From positions 642 through 64,641 of the forward strand of contig DATEMY010000364.1 of assembly GCA_035275345.1 (NCBI GenBank): a stretch of DNA of 64,000 nucleotides, given 5' to 3'. The translations under genes and the position numbers were made by a program. Source of the DNA: Blastocatellia bacterium. GTDB taxonomy: Bacteria > Acidobacteriota > Blastocatellia > RBC074. Below the pieces are notes generated by a model. That model was not told the DNA's origin. It did not search any database and saw only the letters and a list, made by a program, of their open reading frames with translations. Numbering within the stretch: position 1 is the first letter of the stretch; every line of letters begins with the position of its first letter. Below, piece after piece: positions 1 through 9,751 of this stretch.

Positions 1-17
1 GAACAACTCCTAAGCGT

Positions 18-56
18 CACGATTTCGGAAGGCTTCGCGCCACGATTTCGGAAGGC
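18..56. repeat. Direct repeat CACGATTTCGGAAGGC x2 (18-33 and 41-56, 23-bp period) upstream of the metalloprotease gene
   Basis: Two exact 16-nt copies read directly; about 125 nt upstream of the ATG at 180. Confidence 0.6.
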
Positions 57-179
57 GCGGAGTAACAATTCAACACTTCGATCGCTCCCGCCAGACGCCT
101 GTCACGGGTTTTGTGGATAGGTGTGTCTGCGCGCGGCGGCGTAAGCGGTGTTGCAACCGAATGGTGTTCAGGAGGCAAT

Positions 180-2774
180 ATGAAGCTCTCTGTTAGGCGG
201 ATGGTTCTGTTCTCTATCTGCCTGATTATCTCTTTTCTTTCAGCCCCTATCACGTCCTGGGCGACCAGCGTGATAGTGCCCAGCGACGACGAGATGGTCA
301 TCGGCGCGCGAGCCATCGTGCGCGGCGTCGTTACCTCGATCAACAGCGGTTACGACAACCGGCGCAAGGCGGTATTCACTTACGTCAACGTTCGAGTCTA
401 TGAATTTATAAAAGGACAGCTCGCATCGAATCCGTCGGGCGAAATCATATTGAAGCAACCGGGCGGCGTGGCGGGAGACCGAGGGACGATGATCTTCGGC
501 GCTCCGGAATTCACGGTAGGCGAGAACGTGCTGCTCTTTCTGGACACTTGGTCCGACGGCAGCCTGCGCGTTTACAACTGGTTCCTTGGCAAGTTCAATG
601 TCGGGATGAGTCGCGCGACTGGCAGGCAGATGGTGACGCGCCAGCCGCCCGGGCGCAACGTCGACGTCATCGGCAGATCGCCCGCCGGCCAGTCCACCGA
701 CCGGATGGATTTGACTTCTTACATTCAAATGCTCAGCTCTCGTGTTGCGGCGCATCGTCAAAGGTCGCTCGAGCACGAGAACAGGTTTTTCAGAAACGTT
801 CGAATGCGCGCGGTTCCAACCGAGGCATTGAATCTCTCGTCTTCGCAGTCGCCGATTCAAAACTTCACTTTCATCAACGGCGCCGCGCCGCCGCGATGGT
901 TCGAACCGGACAACGGCCAGTCCGTTGTGTTCAAGGTCAACGCTTCAGGAGCTCCGAATTCGCAAATCGTGAGTGACATAAACTCTGCGATCAGCGCCTG
1001 GTCGAACGTCAGCTCCAGCGCCTTACGCGTCGCCAACGGCGGCTCGACTGGCGGATGCGGACTGTTGACGGCTGACGGCGAGAACACCATATCATTTAAC
1101 AACTGCGACAACTTCACTCCGTTCTCCCCTCCGGCGGGGCAAAGTTGTTCCGGCATTCTCGCCGCCGCCGGCATCATCAACTACAGCCTCTCGCAGACCA
1201 GAGTCATAAACGGCATCACCTTCTACCGAGCCTTCGAAGCCAACATGTCGTTCAATCCCTTCGCGAGCTGCTATTTCACCAACAGTTGCAACGTGCGTGA
1301 AGTCGCCACGCACGAAATGGGACATGCGCTAGGTCTGGGTCATTCGTCCGACCCCGACGCGACGATGTACGCCTTCGCCCATTTTGACGGTCGCTGCGCT
1401 GCGCTTCGCGCCGATGACATGAACGGCATCAGGTTCATCTATCCGGGAACCATTCCCATCGCCCCTCTGATCATCGCGACATCAACGCTGCCGGCTGCGC
1501 AACGTGGCGTTTTCTATTCAATGTCGCTGGTTGGGGCGGGTGGAACCGCGCCTTACAACTGGAGCCTGATAGGTGGATCGCTGGCCCCAGGATTGACCCT
1601 CAATTCAGGCGGAACGATCAGCGGAATTCCGTCATCAGGAGGGGCATTCAATTTCACCGTCCGCCTGAGTGACGCGGCGTCCAGGACTGCGCAAAAGACT
1701 CTGAGCCTTTCTGTTACAGGCGCCGCCCCGCCTACGCCAACGCCGACGCCCAGACCGAGTCCAACGCCGACGCCCAGACCGAGTCCAACGCCGACTCCAA
1801 CGCCGACGCCCAGACCGAGTCCTACTCCAACGCCAACTCCCAGACCGAGTCCGACGCCAACGCCCAGACCGAGTCCAACGCCAACGCCCCTTCCGCCAAG
1901 CGGAACCAGAGCCAGGTTGGGGGATTTCGATGGCGACCGCAAGGCCGATTTGGCTGTGTGGAAAGCTTCGAGCGGGTCTTGGGAGATTCTGGGTAGCGCA
2001 AATGGGGAAACTCGGGAGGTACGGTTGAACGAGCCGAATCCGGATCAGGGCAACATCATTACCCCGGGCGATTATGATGGAGACGGCAGGATTGATTGCG
2101 CTGTCTGGCGTCCCTCGGACGGAACCTGGCTCATTATCAACAGCTCGAACGGATTGTTGACCACCAAAAAGCTAGGCGTACGAGGCGACACGCCGGCGCC
2201 AGCCGATTATGACGGCGATAGGAAAACAGATATCGCCGTTTGGCGCCCCTCCACCGGTTTCTGGTATATCGTTCAGAGCTCGAACGGAGTGACGAATAGC
2301 CTGGAGTGGGGATCGGGGGCCGGAGGCTGTTGCGATATTCCAGTTCCGGGGGATTATGACGGCGATGGCAGGGACGACATCGCCGTCTACCGCACGACGA
2401 ATGGCAACTGGTTAATCATAAACAGCTCGACCGGAGCGTTCTCCGGCAAAGTCCTTGGTAATACGGGGGACAGGCCGGCCCCGGCAGATTATGACGGAGA
2501 CGGAAAAACCGATATCGCCGTCTGGCGCAGCGCGCCCGGCTACTTTCTAGTTCGTTATAGCTCCACAAACTCGACCGTGTTCCAGCAGTTGGGAACGAGT
2601 ATGGAGCCTGACCGCGACGTTCCTGTTCCCGCTGATTACGATGGGGATGGGAAAGCAGACATCGCGGTTTGGGGACAATCCACCGGAATCTGGATGATTA
2701 TCAATTCGTCCAACAAATCCGTACGGACTCAATTCTTAGGAGCGATGGGCGATATCCCGATAACGATGAAATAG
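180..2774 (+). CDS. Exported M10 (matrixin-type) zinc metalloprotease with Ig-like domain, Pro/Thr linker and six FG-GAP/VCBS-like repeats
   Basis: In ORF 111..2774. ATG at 180 follows GGAGG (171-175) and opens a signal-like [28 protein letters not shown]. Zinc motif [11 protein letters not shown] followed by Met-turn-like ATMY. Six DYDGDGKxDxAVWR-type repeats at the C-terminus. Confidence 0.85.
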   Translation: MKLSVRRMVLFSICLIISFLSAPITSWATSVIVPSDDEMVIGARAIVRGVVTSINSGYDNRRKAVFTYVNVRVYEFIKGQLASNPSGEIILKQPGGVAGDRGTMIFGAPEFTVGENVLLFLDTWSDGSLRVYNWFLGKFNVGMSRATGRQMVTRQPPGRNVDVIGRSPAGQSTDRMDLTSYIQMLSSRVAAHRQRSLEHENRFFRNVRMRAVPTEALNLSSSQSPIQNFTFINGAAPPRWFEPDNGQSVVFKVNASGAPNSQIVSDINSAISAWSNVSSSALRVANGGSTGGCGLLTADGENTISFNNCDNFTPFSPPAGQSCSGILAAAGIINYSLSQTRVINGITFYRAFEANMSFNPFASCYFTNSCNVREVATHEMGHALGLGHSSDPDATMYAFAHFDGRCAALRADDMNGIRFIYPGTIPIAPLIIATSTLPAAQRGVFYSMSLVGAGGTAPYNWSLIGGSLAPGLTLNSGGTISGIPSSGGAFNFTVRLSDAASRTAQKTLSLSVTGAAPPTPTPTPRPSPTPTPRPSPTPTPTPTPRPSPTPTPTPRPSPTPTPRPSPTPTPLPPSGTRARLGDFDGDRKADLAVWKASSGSWEILGSANGETREVRLNEPNPDQGNIITPGDYDGDGRIDCAVWRPSDGTWLIINSSNGLLTTKKLGVRGDTPAPADYDGDRKTDIAVWRPSTGFWYIVQSSNGVTNSLEWGSGAGGCCDIPVPGDYDGDGRDDIAVYRTTNGNWLIINSSTGAFSGKVLGNTGDRPAPADYDGDGKTDIAVWRSAPGYFLVRYSSTNSTVFQQLGTSMEPDRDVPVPADYDGDGKADIAVWGQSTGIWMIINSSNKSVRTQFLGAMGDIPITMK
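1728..1893 (+). repeat. In-frame tandem nucleotide repeat encoding the PTPTPRPS linker
   Basis: Unit CCAACGCCGACGCCCAGACCGAGT recurs about five times with small variations. Translation is [31 protein letters not shown]... Confidence 0.85.
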
Positions 2775-2796
2775 CTTACGCTGAATATGCGGACCG

Positions 2797-2848
2797 AGTG
2801 AGCTATCGATATAAGAGAGTGAGGTCAACCTTATACCGATAGCTCACT
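2797..2848 (+). terminator. Hairpin downstream of the metalloprotease gene (19-bp stem, 1 mismatch)
   Basis: AGTGAGCTATCGATATAAG (2797-2815) pairs with CTTATACCGATAGCTCACT (2830-2848). No clean T-run follows, so terminator function is uncertain. Confidence 0.35.
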
Positions 2849-2937
2849 TGTGTTCAGCTATCTTTTAGTCCGCTCGCCAGCGTCAGGGAGGGACGGGATA
2901 GCCGGACTCAGTCCACTCTAAATCAGAACACATGAGG

Positions 2938-2966
2938 CCGGTACAGTACCGCGCGTACTGTACCGG
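2938..2966. terminator. Perfect 12-bp stem / 5-nt loop hairpin between convergent genes
   Basis: CCGGTACAGTAC-CGCGC-GTACTGTACCGG. Lies between the stop at 2774 (+) and the stop at 2991 (-). No U-tract on either strand. Confidence 0.35.
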
Positions 2967-2990
2967 TGTCCCAATGTTGCCTGGTTCGAT

Positions 2991-3908
2991 TTAGAGAAAC
3001 CATCTAGTACAGAGAAAAAGGGACGATAGTCGTTTTGTTGTTGTATCGGACCGGAGCAACAACCTTGAATCGCTAATCATGGGGGCGATCTGCAGCGGCA
3101 CGCGCAGCATCATCGGCGCGCCTGGCTTGGCTCTGACAAGGTAAATTGTTTGCGGCAGGGGATCGCCCTGCCTGAGGCGCCGTTCGCCTTTATCAGCTTC
3201 CCTCTCCGCAGCGGTCCACTGTTTGCCTGCTCCGCCTCGTTCTTCCTTCCGTTCTACGCGCCCTCCCCATTGCTTCTCCCACTGGGCCACTTGCGTTCTC
3301 TCGAGCCTGACGGGCTCGGCAGGCGTCCCGAGTGACAACTTTAGCGGTTTCTGGCTGACGATGATGGTGAGTTCCTCGCGCAACAGGTCTTTCCGGACGC
3401 GTTCCAGTGTGAAGTAAGGATATTCATCGCCTTGCGCCGGAACAAAAACCGGCTTTCCGGCCGACACCAGATTTCCCCCTTCGGGCGTGGTTTGAGAGGG
3501 AAAGATGAGGTAAGGGTCGCCTGTTGAACCATCCGCATAGATCTCGCTATCAATAACGTAAAGATAACCGTCGCTCGTTCGAGGCGCTTCGACGCTGATG
3601 CGCAGGCGTTCTCCCTCAGTAAACGCCGTGTCCGTGGTCGCGCGTTCGGCCGTCGGTTTGTCCTGGTCATCGCGTAAGCGCCAGAGCGTGATTCCGATAA
3701 GCTCCCCCTTCAAATTTGTCCCTTTGGGTCGCCTGGCGAGAGTGCGATCACGCGCCTCTCGAAACCTTTTGTTCCAAACCCGGCGCGTTCTATCTTCCGA
3801 CTCACGCTGCGGCAAAGGGCCGGCTACGGCCCACAGGCAGCAAAGACCGAGCAGAGCGGTTGTAATAATTCGCCCCCAGGGTCTAAACAACTTCTTTCTG
3901 TGAATCAT
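2991..3908 (-). CDS. Exported DUF4384-like protein
   Basis: In ORF 2991..3971. Internal ATG at 3908 gives MIHRKKLFRPWGRIITTALLGLCCLWAVAG (signal-like). The segment LRISVEAPRTSDGYLYVIDSEIYADGSTGDPYLIFP resembles the DUF4384 core and the kinase ectodomain at 7840-9741. Confidence 0.7.
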   Translation of the reverse strand: MIHRKKLFRPWGRIITTALLGLCCLWAVAGPLPQRESEDRTRRVWNKRFREARDRTLARRPKGTNLKGELIGITLWRLRDDQDKPTAERATTDTAFTEGERLRISVEAPRTSDGYLYVIDSEIYADGSTGDPYLIFPSQTTPEGGNLVSAGKPVFVPAQGDEYPYFTLERVRKDLLREELTIIVSQKPLKLSLGTPAEPVRLERTQVAQWEKQWGGRVERKEERGGAGKQWTAAEREADKGERRLRQGDPLPQTIYLVRAKPGAPMMLRVPLQIAPMISDSRLLLRSDTTTKRLSSLFLCTRWFL

Positions 3909-4023
3909 TCTCCCTCCGTAATTCTGGAAAAGAAGCTTATATCTCCCCGTCGCCAGAATTCCAGCCCTCACTTATTTAAGGCAGGAAATGCGGCGCCAAC
4001 GGCTAATCCCCGGCCAAAAGTTT

Positions 4024-7000
4024 TTATTTTTCTCTTTTACCATTTAAATTCGCCCACTCGCCTGACTGTATGAAGCTGGCCCAATAGTACGGATGCCGCC
4101 GTTTCACATCCTTGAGCATCTCTATTTGCGCCTGTCGCAGCGCGGCGGCGCGTCCTTGCCCACGTTGCAACCCCCGGTAGTAGGCCACCATCAGTTCTCT
4201 GGTCCATCGGTCCGACACCGGCCAGAGGCTCATCACCTGCGTTTCCGCGCCGGCCAGCGCCAGGGCCCGCCGCAGGCCATGAACTCCATCTCCGTTTCTT
4301 ACTTCACCCACTCCGGTATCGCAGGCCGAGAGGGACACCAATTTCGTCCCCCACAAATTAAGCCCTGTCATCTCCAGCGCCGTCAGGATCCCGTTTTCTC
4401 CTTCCTTCTGTTCGTTGGCGCCGGCCAACGCCAATCCTGCGCGCAGCAGAGGATTCTCGATGCGCGATCCATCCTTCTCGACCTGTTTCAGACGACGGCT
4501 AGGTCCGTGAGGCGATTTTCGCAGGCTTCTTTCTCCCGTCGATATCAATTTCAGGTCTTCCAGGAAGAAACCGTGCGTGGCGATGTGCAATATGGCAGGG
4601 CTGTGAACCTGCTCGAGCGCCGCCTTGTTCGCCCGGCGTTTGGTCAGCAGAGTCGCGTTGGGAAGTAGCGAGCGTATGGCGTTGCCTTCCTCCGCCGTGT
4701 AAGGCAGAGCAGGGAAGTAGAATTTGCTGAATGCGGTCGCGGGCGTCTCGTCCCTGGTCGGCCTCTTAGGCTCCGCTTTCGCCTTCTTAGGTTCCGCTTT
4801 CGACTGTTTCAGCAAACGCCTCGCTTCAACCAGACGCCGGCCTCCGAAGTCCGGATCGGCGATCACCAGGGGCCCGCTCTGACTCTTTCGGGGCGTCTGC
4901 AATCGTAGAAGGTCACGTCCGCTGGACAGATAGCTGATCGAGTAACGCTCGACCATATACCGCCCTCGATCATCGACGAGCGCCGCGTAAGGGATGAGAT
5001 TTAGCTCCCCATCAGGCGAGATGAGCAATCGTGTCAGACCTCCGGCCAGGTGGCGGAGGGGCTGAAATACTTTCTGATCAACTACTCGAGCCAGATACTT
5101 CACGTCCCTTCGCTTTGGGTCGCGCATCGCTTTGCGCAGCCTGGCGACGGCCTCGTCAATGGCCTTCGCATCGCCCAGCTCCTTCCACTGAATCTCTTCC
5201 TGCCGGCGCAGGACGTAGGCCACATATCGAGGCCGGCCATAAGCCTCATCTTCCTTTGCGGCTTTGGGATCGAACGGGCGATAAGAAGCGAGCTCGATCA
5301 GAGCCGCATCGTCGGGAATCGCCGCCCGCACGGCTTCGAGCGTGATGGGCAATGATCGGGCGCGGAATTCATCGCTTCTGCGACTGATCTCGGCCTCGAA
5401 CTTCTCGGCCTGTTCTTCGAGAGTCTTGATCCGTTCGCGATATTGATCGGCGGGCATTCCCTGCGGCCCGTCGAGGACCATCCTGGCGATTTGTGAGCGA
5501 GCGTCGGTCAAACTGTCGAGCAATGCTCGATCTTCCGCGTTGAATCGGCCGCGGAGGGCGTTGAGACTTACAGAAGTGGCGTCTAATGCGCGCCCCTTGC
5601 GCTGCAGGATCAATGTGGCGGCCAGGCTGCGCGCCACTGGATCACGGGGAGCATTGCTGAGATGGAGGGAGATGGTTCGATCGGTTTGCTTTGAGAGGGT
5701 GGCGAGATAAGCGAGTATCTGGCGCTCCGAGCTGGTAGCGAGATTGAGCCTGAGGTTGCGTTCGCTGACCGCGTTGGCGCGTGACTGAAAGGCTATCGCC
5801 TGAGCAATATCATTTTTCGCCAAATTAAGTACGGCGAGGTTATCGAGATAACTCGCGACATCAGGGTGTTCCGGCCCCAGCGTTTTCTCCCCGATGGTCA
5901 GCGCGCGTTGATGGAATTGCTCCGCCTTCGGATAATCGCCCCTGATGCGGAAGAGTTCCCCGAGATTGTCGAGAGACTGGGCGACATCAGGGTGCTCCGG
6001 TTCCAGTTCTTTCTCTCGGATGGCCAGCGCGCGTTGATGGAACTGCTCCGCCTTCGAATACTCGCCCCTTGAATAGTAGAGGTTGGCGAGATTGTTGAGA
6101 GAAGTGGCAAAAAAGGGGTGTTCCGGTCCGAGCGCCTTCTCTCTTATTGACAGCGCGCGTTGGTAGAACGGCTCCGCCTTCGAATACTCCCCTCTGTCGC
6201 AATAGAGGAGCGCCAGGTTATTGAGATAAAGGGCGATATTGGGGTGTTCCGGCTCCAGCCGTTTCTCATTTATGGCCAGCGCGCGTTGATAGAGTGGCTC
6301 CGCCTTCTCATAGTCGCCTCTGTAGTGGTAGAGGAGCGCAAGATTGTTGAGAGAACCAGCGACATCGAGGTTATCCGGCCCCAGCGTTTTCTCCCTTATA
6401 GCCAACGCCCGTTGATAGAGCGGCTCCGCCTTTGCGTAATCGCCTCTGGAATAGTAAAGGAGCGCGAGGCTGTTGAGAGACTCGGCGACTTTGAGATTAT
6501 CCGGCCCCAGCGTTTTCTCCCTTATAGTCAGCGCCCGTTGAGAGAACGGCTCCGCCTTCGAATACTCGCCCTTGTAATAGTAGAGGAGCGCAAGATTATT
6601 GAGGTAAGAGGTGATATTGGGATCTTCCGGTTCCAGCGACTTCTCCATTATGGCGAGCGCGCGTTGATAGAGCGGCTCCGCCTTCTCATAGTCGCCTTTG
6701 CTGCGGTAGATGATCGCAAGATTGTTGAGCGAACTGGCGAATTCGGGGTGTTCCAGTCCAAACGCCCGCTCCTTAACCACCAGCGCGCGTTCAAAGAGCT
6801 GTTCCGCCTTCTCATAGTCGCCTTTGCTGCGATGGAGGAGCGCCAGATTGTTGAGGGAAGCGGCGACATCAGGGTGATCCACTCCCAACGTTTTCTCCCG
6901 AATGTCGAGCGCTTGTTGATAGAGCGGCTCCGCCTTCGAATACTCGCCTTTGGAGGAGTAACATATAGCCTGGCCGACGATTGCGGCGACGACATCGGGG

Positions 7001-7617
7001 TGATCAGGCTCTAAAACCCTTGTGCGAATCTCCATCGCGCGTTCAATAGACGCAAGCGCTTCGTCATATTTGCCTGCGCCGTGCAATTCGATAGCCTTCC
7101 TGTACAAATATCGCGCCTCCAGCAGGGCGCGGTCATTCTTTGTTGCGGCGCGCAACTCCTCAATCCGAACCTCATAGGCGCCCCTCGGCGCCGCCTTCTG
7201 TACGGGGCGCACAATCAGCCGGTAATCGCCCTCCGTTTCGGCCACTTGCCAGACCGATTCCTGTCCGCGCAGCCTGCTTTCGGAATCGGAATCCATGACT
7301 TCTTTGCCGTCCGGCCCTAACAGATTCGCCACCACATCAATACCCTTTTGTTCGATGGTTACCTTCAGGAACTCATCAGCTCTCATCCTAATCCGATAGT
7401 TGTGTCGCTGCCTGGCCTCCAACTCGCGTCGTTGGGGCTTGCCTGGCTCAAGATCGCGGACATCATTCTCACCGCCAGCCCCGCTTCCTGCGGCGCCTGG
7501 GGCTTGGGTCGATTGCTGGAACTCCACGGTCGCATTCCCGAAAGCCCCTTGTGGAGCCGCGACGACGAACAGGCCAATGAGCGGTAAAAGAGTTAATTGG
7601 TTGATCATGCGCCGCAT
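4024..7617 (-). CDS. Exported TPR-repeat CHAT-domain (caspase-fold) protein
   Basis: 1197-aa ORF with AGGAG upstream of the ATG at 7617. N-terminal signal MRRMINQLTLLPLIGLFVVAAPQGAFG. About ten 42-residue TPRs (GDYEKAEPLYQRALAIREKTLGPxHPDVAxSLNNLALLY). C-terminal His and Cys motifs ILHIATHGFF and LVSLSACDTGVG typical of CHAT. Confidence 0.9.
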   Translation of the reverse strand: MRRMINQLTLLPLIGLFVVAAPQGAFGNATVEFQQSTQAPGAAGSGAGGENDVRDLEPGKPQRRELEARQRHNYRIRMRADEFLKVTIEQKGIDVVANLLGPDGKEVMDSDSESRLRGQESVWQVAETEGDYRLIVRPVQKAAPRGAYEVRIEELRAATKNDRALLEARYLYRKAIELHGAGKYDEALASIERAMEIRTRVLEPDHPDVVAAIVGQAICYSSKGEYSKAEPLYQQALDIREKTLGVDHPDVAASLNNLALLHRSKGDYEKAEQLFERALVVKERAFGLEHPEFASSLNNLAIIYRSKGDYEKAEPLYQRALAIMEKSLEPEDPNITSYLNNLALLYYYKGEYSKAEPFSQRALTIREKTLGPDNLKVAESLNSLALLYYSRGDYAKAEPLYQRALAIREKTLGPDNLDVAGSLNNLALLYHYRGDYEKAEPLYQRALAINEKRLEPEHPNIALYLNNLALLYCDRGEYSKAEPFYQRALSIREKALGPEHPFFATSLNNLANLYYSRGEYSKAEQFHQRALAIREKELEPEHPDVAQSLDNLGELFRIRGDYPKAEQFHQRALTIGEKTLGPEHPDVASYLDNLAVLNLAKNDIAQAIAFQSRANAVSERNLRLNLATSSERQILAYLATLSKQTDRTISLHLSNAPRDPVARSLAATLILQRKGRALDATSVSLNALRGRFNAEDRALLDSLTDARSQIARMVLDGPQGMPADQYRERIKTLEEQAEKFEAEISRRSDEFRARSLPITLEAVRAAIPDDAALIELASYRPFDPKAAKEDEAYGRPRYVAYVLRRQEEIQWKELGDAKAIDEAVARLRKAMRDPKRRDVKYLARVVDQKVFQPLRHLAGGLTRLLISPDGELNLIPYAALVDDRGRYMVERYSISYLSSGRDLLRLQTPRKSQSGPLVIADPDFGGRRLVEARRLLKQSKAEPKKAKAEPKRPTRDETPATAFSKFYFPALPYTAEEGNAIRSLLPNATLLTKRRANKAALEQVHSPAILHIATHGFFLEDLKLISTGERSLRKSPHGPSRRLKQVEKDGSRIENPLLRAGLALAGANEQKEGENGILTALEMTGLNLWGTKLVSLSACDTGVGEVRNGDGVHGLRRALALAGAETQVMSLWPVSDRWTRELMVAYYRGLQRGQGRAAALRQAQIEMLKDVKRRHPYYWASFIQSGEWANLNGKREK

Positions 7618-7839
7618 AACAAAATTCTCCTTTTGTTATATTTCTAAGGAAGCGATGTTTGTGAGGGCGTTATGAGCCAGGGGCAAATTTCGGCCAAATA
7701 GCCGGGAGTTTCAAAGATGATTTCTTCACTCCGTTCGGAGTCGCTGTGGTGATTTTGTGGGTGCTTTGTTTTCTCGCCCCCATTTAGAACGGTGATCGTG
7801 GGAGTCTTGCAATAAGAGATGCTCAATTATACTGGAGAA

Positions 7840-9741
7840 TCAATGATGCTCAAGCTTCATCATCCATACCAGCGTTTCGCCTTTAACTTTGAGCCTGGTC
7901 TGTTTGTTTACCTCATCCCTTTCGACTTCAGGCTTGATGGCCGAAAACGACGCCAGATAATGCAATACTGACGCTCTCTGGGTTAGATCACGGATGGCGC
8001 CGTGGTCCTTGGGATTCGCCCAGCCTTTGACGGCCTCCAACTCAGGAACGGCGCGCTCGGACCAGATGAGCCAGATATTCTCGGCGCCTTCTTCATGGTC
8101 GAGGACGAACCAATTCTCCCGCTGGTTCGGGCCGGGCAGCGGGATTCGCGCTACCTGGCCAGCGCGGATTTCCGGCGAACCGCCGCGGATATCCGCGTCG
8201 GGAAAGAGGAAGTTGAAATTGGGTAAACCATCATTCTGCCTCGGCCCTTCGTTTATGACATATAAAGAGCCGGATTGCGGACTGCTGATGTGGAAGCGTA
8301 TCTCGTCGCTTGCTCCCAGGATGAGATTGTCGAAGGTGGGGAATGGCTTGGCGCGAGGGGTACGTCTGGGGTCTCGTCGCGCCTCCATGATGTAATTGAG
8401 ACGCCGGTCCGAAGCCACGACGGGAGTCGTTCGGGCCTCCTCAGGTTGAGCCTTGTTCCCTATGCTGAAGCGCGGCAAGTCGAGAATGCCGATGACGGCC
8501 AAAAGGGTCAAGGCGAGTGGCGCCAACCATCGCCGCAGGCCGGCAATCGCGTAGGACGCCGTCGCCAATGGACTCCCTTCTCCTCCCAGGCTGTCTGCGA
8601 ACGCGTCAGTAAAATCTTTCGCGTTAGTGAACCGGTCCTCCGGGACGAACGAGAGCGCTTTTAAAATCATGTCTTGTGAGGCTTCAGGCAAATCGGCGCG
8701 CAGTTCGCGCGGTTTGACTTTGACCCCGGCGCGCTGCGATTCATAGAGTTGAAAAATTGACTCGTCGTTGAAAGGCCGCCGCCCGGTTACCAATTCGTAA
8801 GCGATTACTCCCAGGGCATAGATGTCACTGGCCGCGACCGGTTTTCCGCGTAACTGTTCAGGCGCCACGTAACTGCGCGTCCCAACGACTTCGGTAGTCT
8901 GGCAATCGGCTCCCTCCGGCAGCTCATGTATTGTCGCAATTCCGAAATCAATCAGCTTCACATACTCTTCATCATTCAAAATCTGAAGCATGATATTTTC
9001 AGGCTTGAGGTCACGATGAATGACGCCTTGTCGGTGAGCGGCTGCGAGAGCCTGTCCCATCTGGCGGATTATCTTTGCGATGCGCTCAAACTCCATTCCA
9101 CCCCGAGTCATTGCGGAGCGCAGGCTCTCGCCGGAGACATATTGCATAACGAGATATGACCGTCCGTCGGGTAATGCGCCGACGTCGAGCGCGCGCACCA
9201 CGCCCGGATGGTCGATCCGCGACAAGGCTGCGATCTCAATCCTGAATTTCTTTTCCAACCACGTCCTGCGCATGGTTTGTCGCCATACGTTCAGCAAGAC
9301 TTTGATCACCACCGGCGCGTCATGCAACTTCCGGTCGCGGGCGAAGAAAACCGCGCAGGTCCCGCCCTGACCCAATTCTCTTTCGATCACATAACGCCCG
9401 CCGAGCATGGCGCCTGGCGCGAAGTATCCGGCTAATCCTTCGGACGGAGATGCCGTGACGTTATTCGGCGGATGGTCACAACCCGGGAGAGCTGCGCCTT
9501 TCGCGTCCAGGTCGTCTTCATCATGATTCGCGGCGTCCGTCAGCGGGGGCATTGAGAGCAGCGCGGGCGTGGCAAGGAAACTCTCCGCCCGCCCTTCATG
9601 AGTTAACATCGCTTCGACCTCCGAGCGCAAGAACGCATCGCCAGCGCAAGCCCTGGCAAGGAAACCGGAGCGCTGTCCCGCTTCAAGCTGCAAGGCGCTG
9701 TAGCAGATCCGGCAAACCCGTTCGTATAATTCCGGCGTCAC
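7840..9741 (-). CDS. Membrane Ser/Thr protein kinase with C-terminal DUF4384-like ectodomain
   Basis: GTG start at 9741. An AGGAG overlaps the sigma gene stop. Motifs HRDLKPENIML, DFGIA, YVAPEQ. TM segment LAPLALTLLAVIGIL. C-terminal IRFHISSPQSGSLYVINEGP...FNFLFPD. Confidence 0.9.
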   Translation of the reverse strand: MTPELYERVCRICYSALQLEAGQRSGFLARACAGDAFLRSEVEAMLTHEGRAESFLATPALLSMPPLTDAANHDEDDLDAKGAALPGCDHPPNNVTASPSEGLAGYFAPGAMLGGRYVIERELGQGGTCAVFFARDRKLHDAPVVIKVLLNVWRQTMRRTWLEKKFRIEIAALSRIDHPGVVRALDVGALPDGRSYLVMQYVSGESLRSAMTRGGMEFERIAKIIRQMGQALAAAHRQGVIHRDLKPENIMLQILNDEEYVKLIDFGIATIHELPEGADCQTTEVVGTRSYVAPEQLRGKPVAASDIYALGVIAYELVTGRRPFNDESIFQLYESQRAGVKVKPRELRADLPEASQDMILKALSFVPEDRFTNAKDFTDAFADSLGGEGSPLATASYAIAGLRRWLAPLALTLLAVIGILDLPRFSIGNKAQPEEARTTPVVASDRRLNYIMEARRDPRRTPRAKPFPTFDNLILGASDEIRFHISSPQSGSLYVINEGPRQNDGLPNFNFLFPDADIRGGSPEIRAGQVARIPLPGPNQRENWFVLDHEEGAENIWLIWSERAVPELEAVKGWANPKDHGAIRDLTQRASVLHYLASFSAIKPEVERDEVNKQTRLKVKGETLVWMMKLEHH

Positions 9742-9751
9742 TGTTTAGCTC

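Noticed and set aside
17-343. 108-aa minus-strand ORF at the window start
   Set aside because: It overlaps the start and signal peptide of the metalloprotease gene, has no recognisable features and runs into the window edge.
1553-1942. Minus-strand ORF encoding [10 protein letters not shown] repeats
   Set aside because: It is antisense to the Pro/Thr linker of the metalloprotease and is an artefact of the tandem repeat.
5866-7014. Plus-strand ORFs inside the TPR array (for example 6160..7014 at 284 aa, 5866..6072) with their own periodic LRLRIL/ERLRL pattern, and a CRISPR-like impression of regularly spaced repeats
   Set aside because: They are antisense to the 1197-aa TPR-CHAT gene. The 126-bp periodicity is the 42-residue TPR unit read on the wrong strand. 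The repeats are not separated by unique spacers, so this is neither a CRISPR array nor separate genes.
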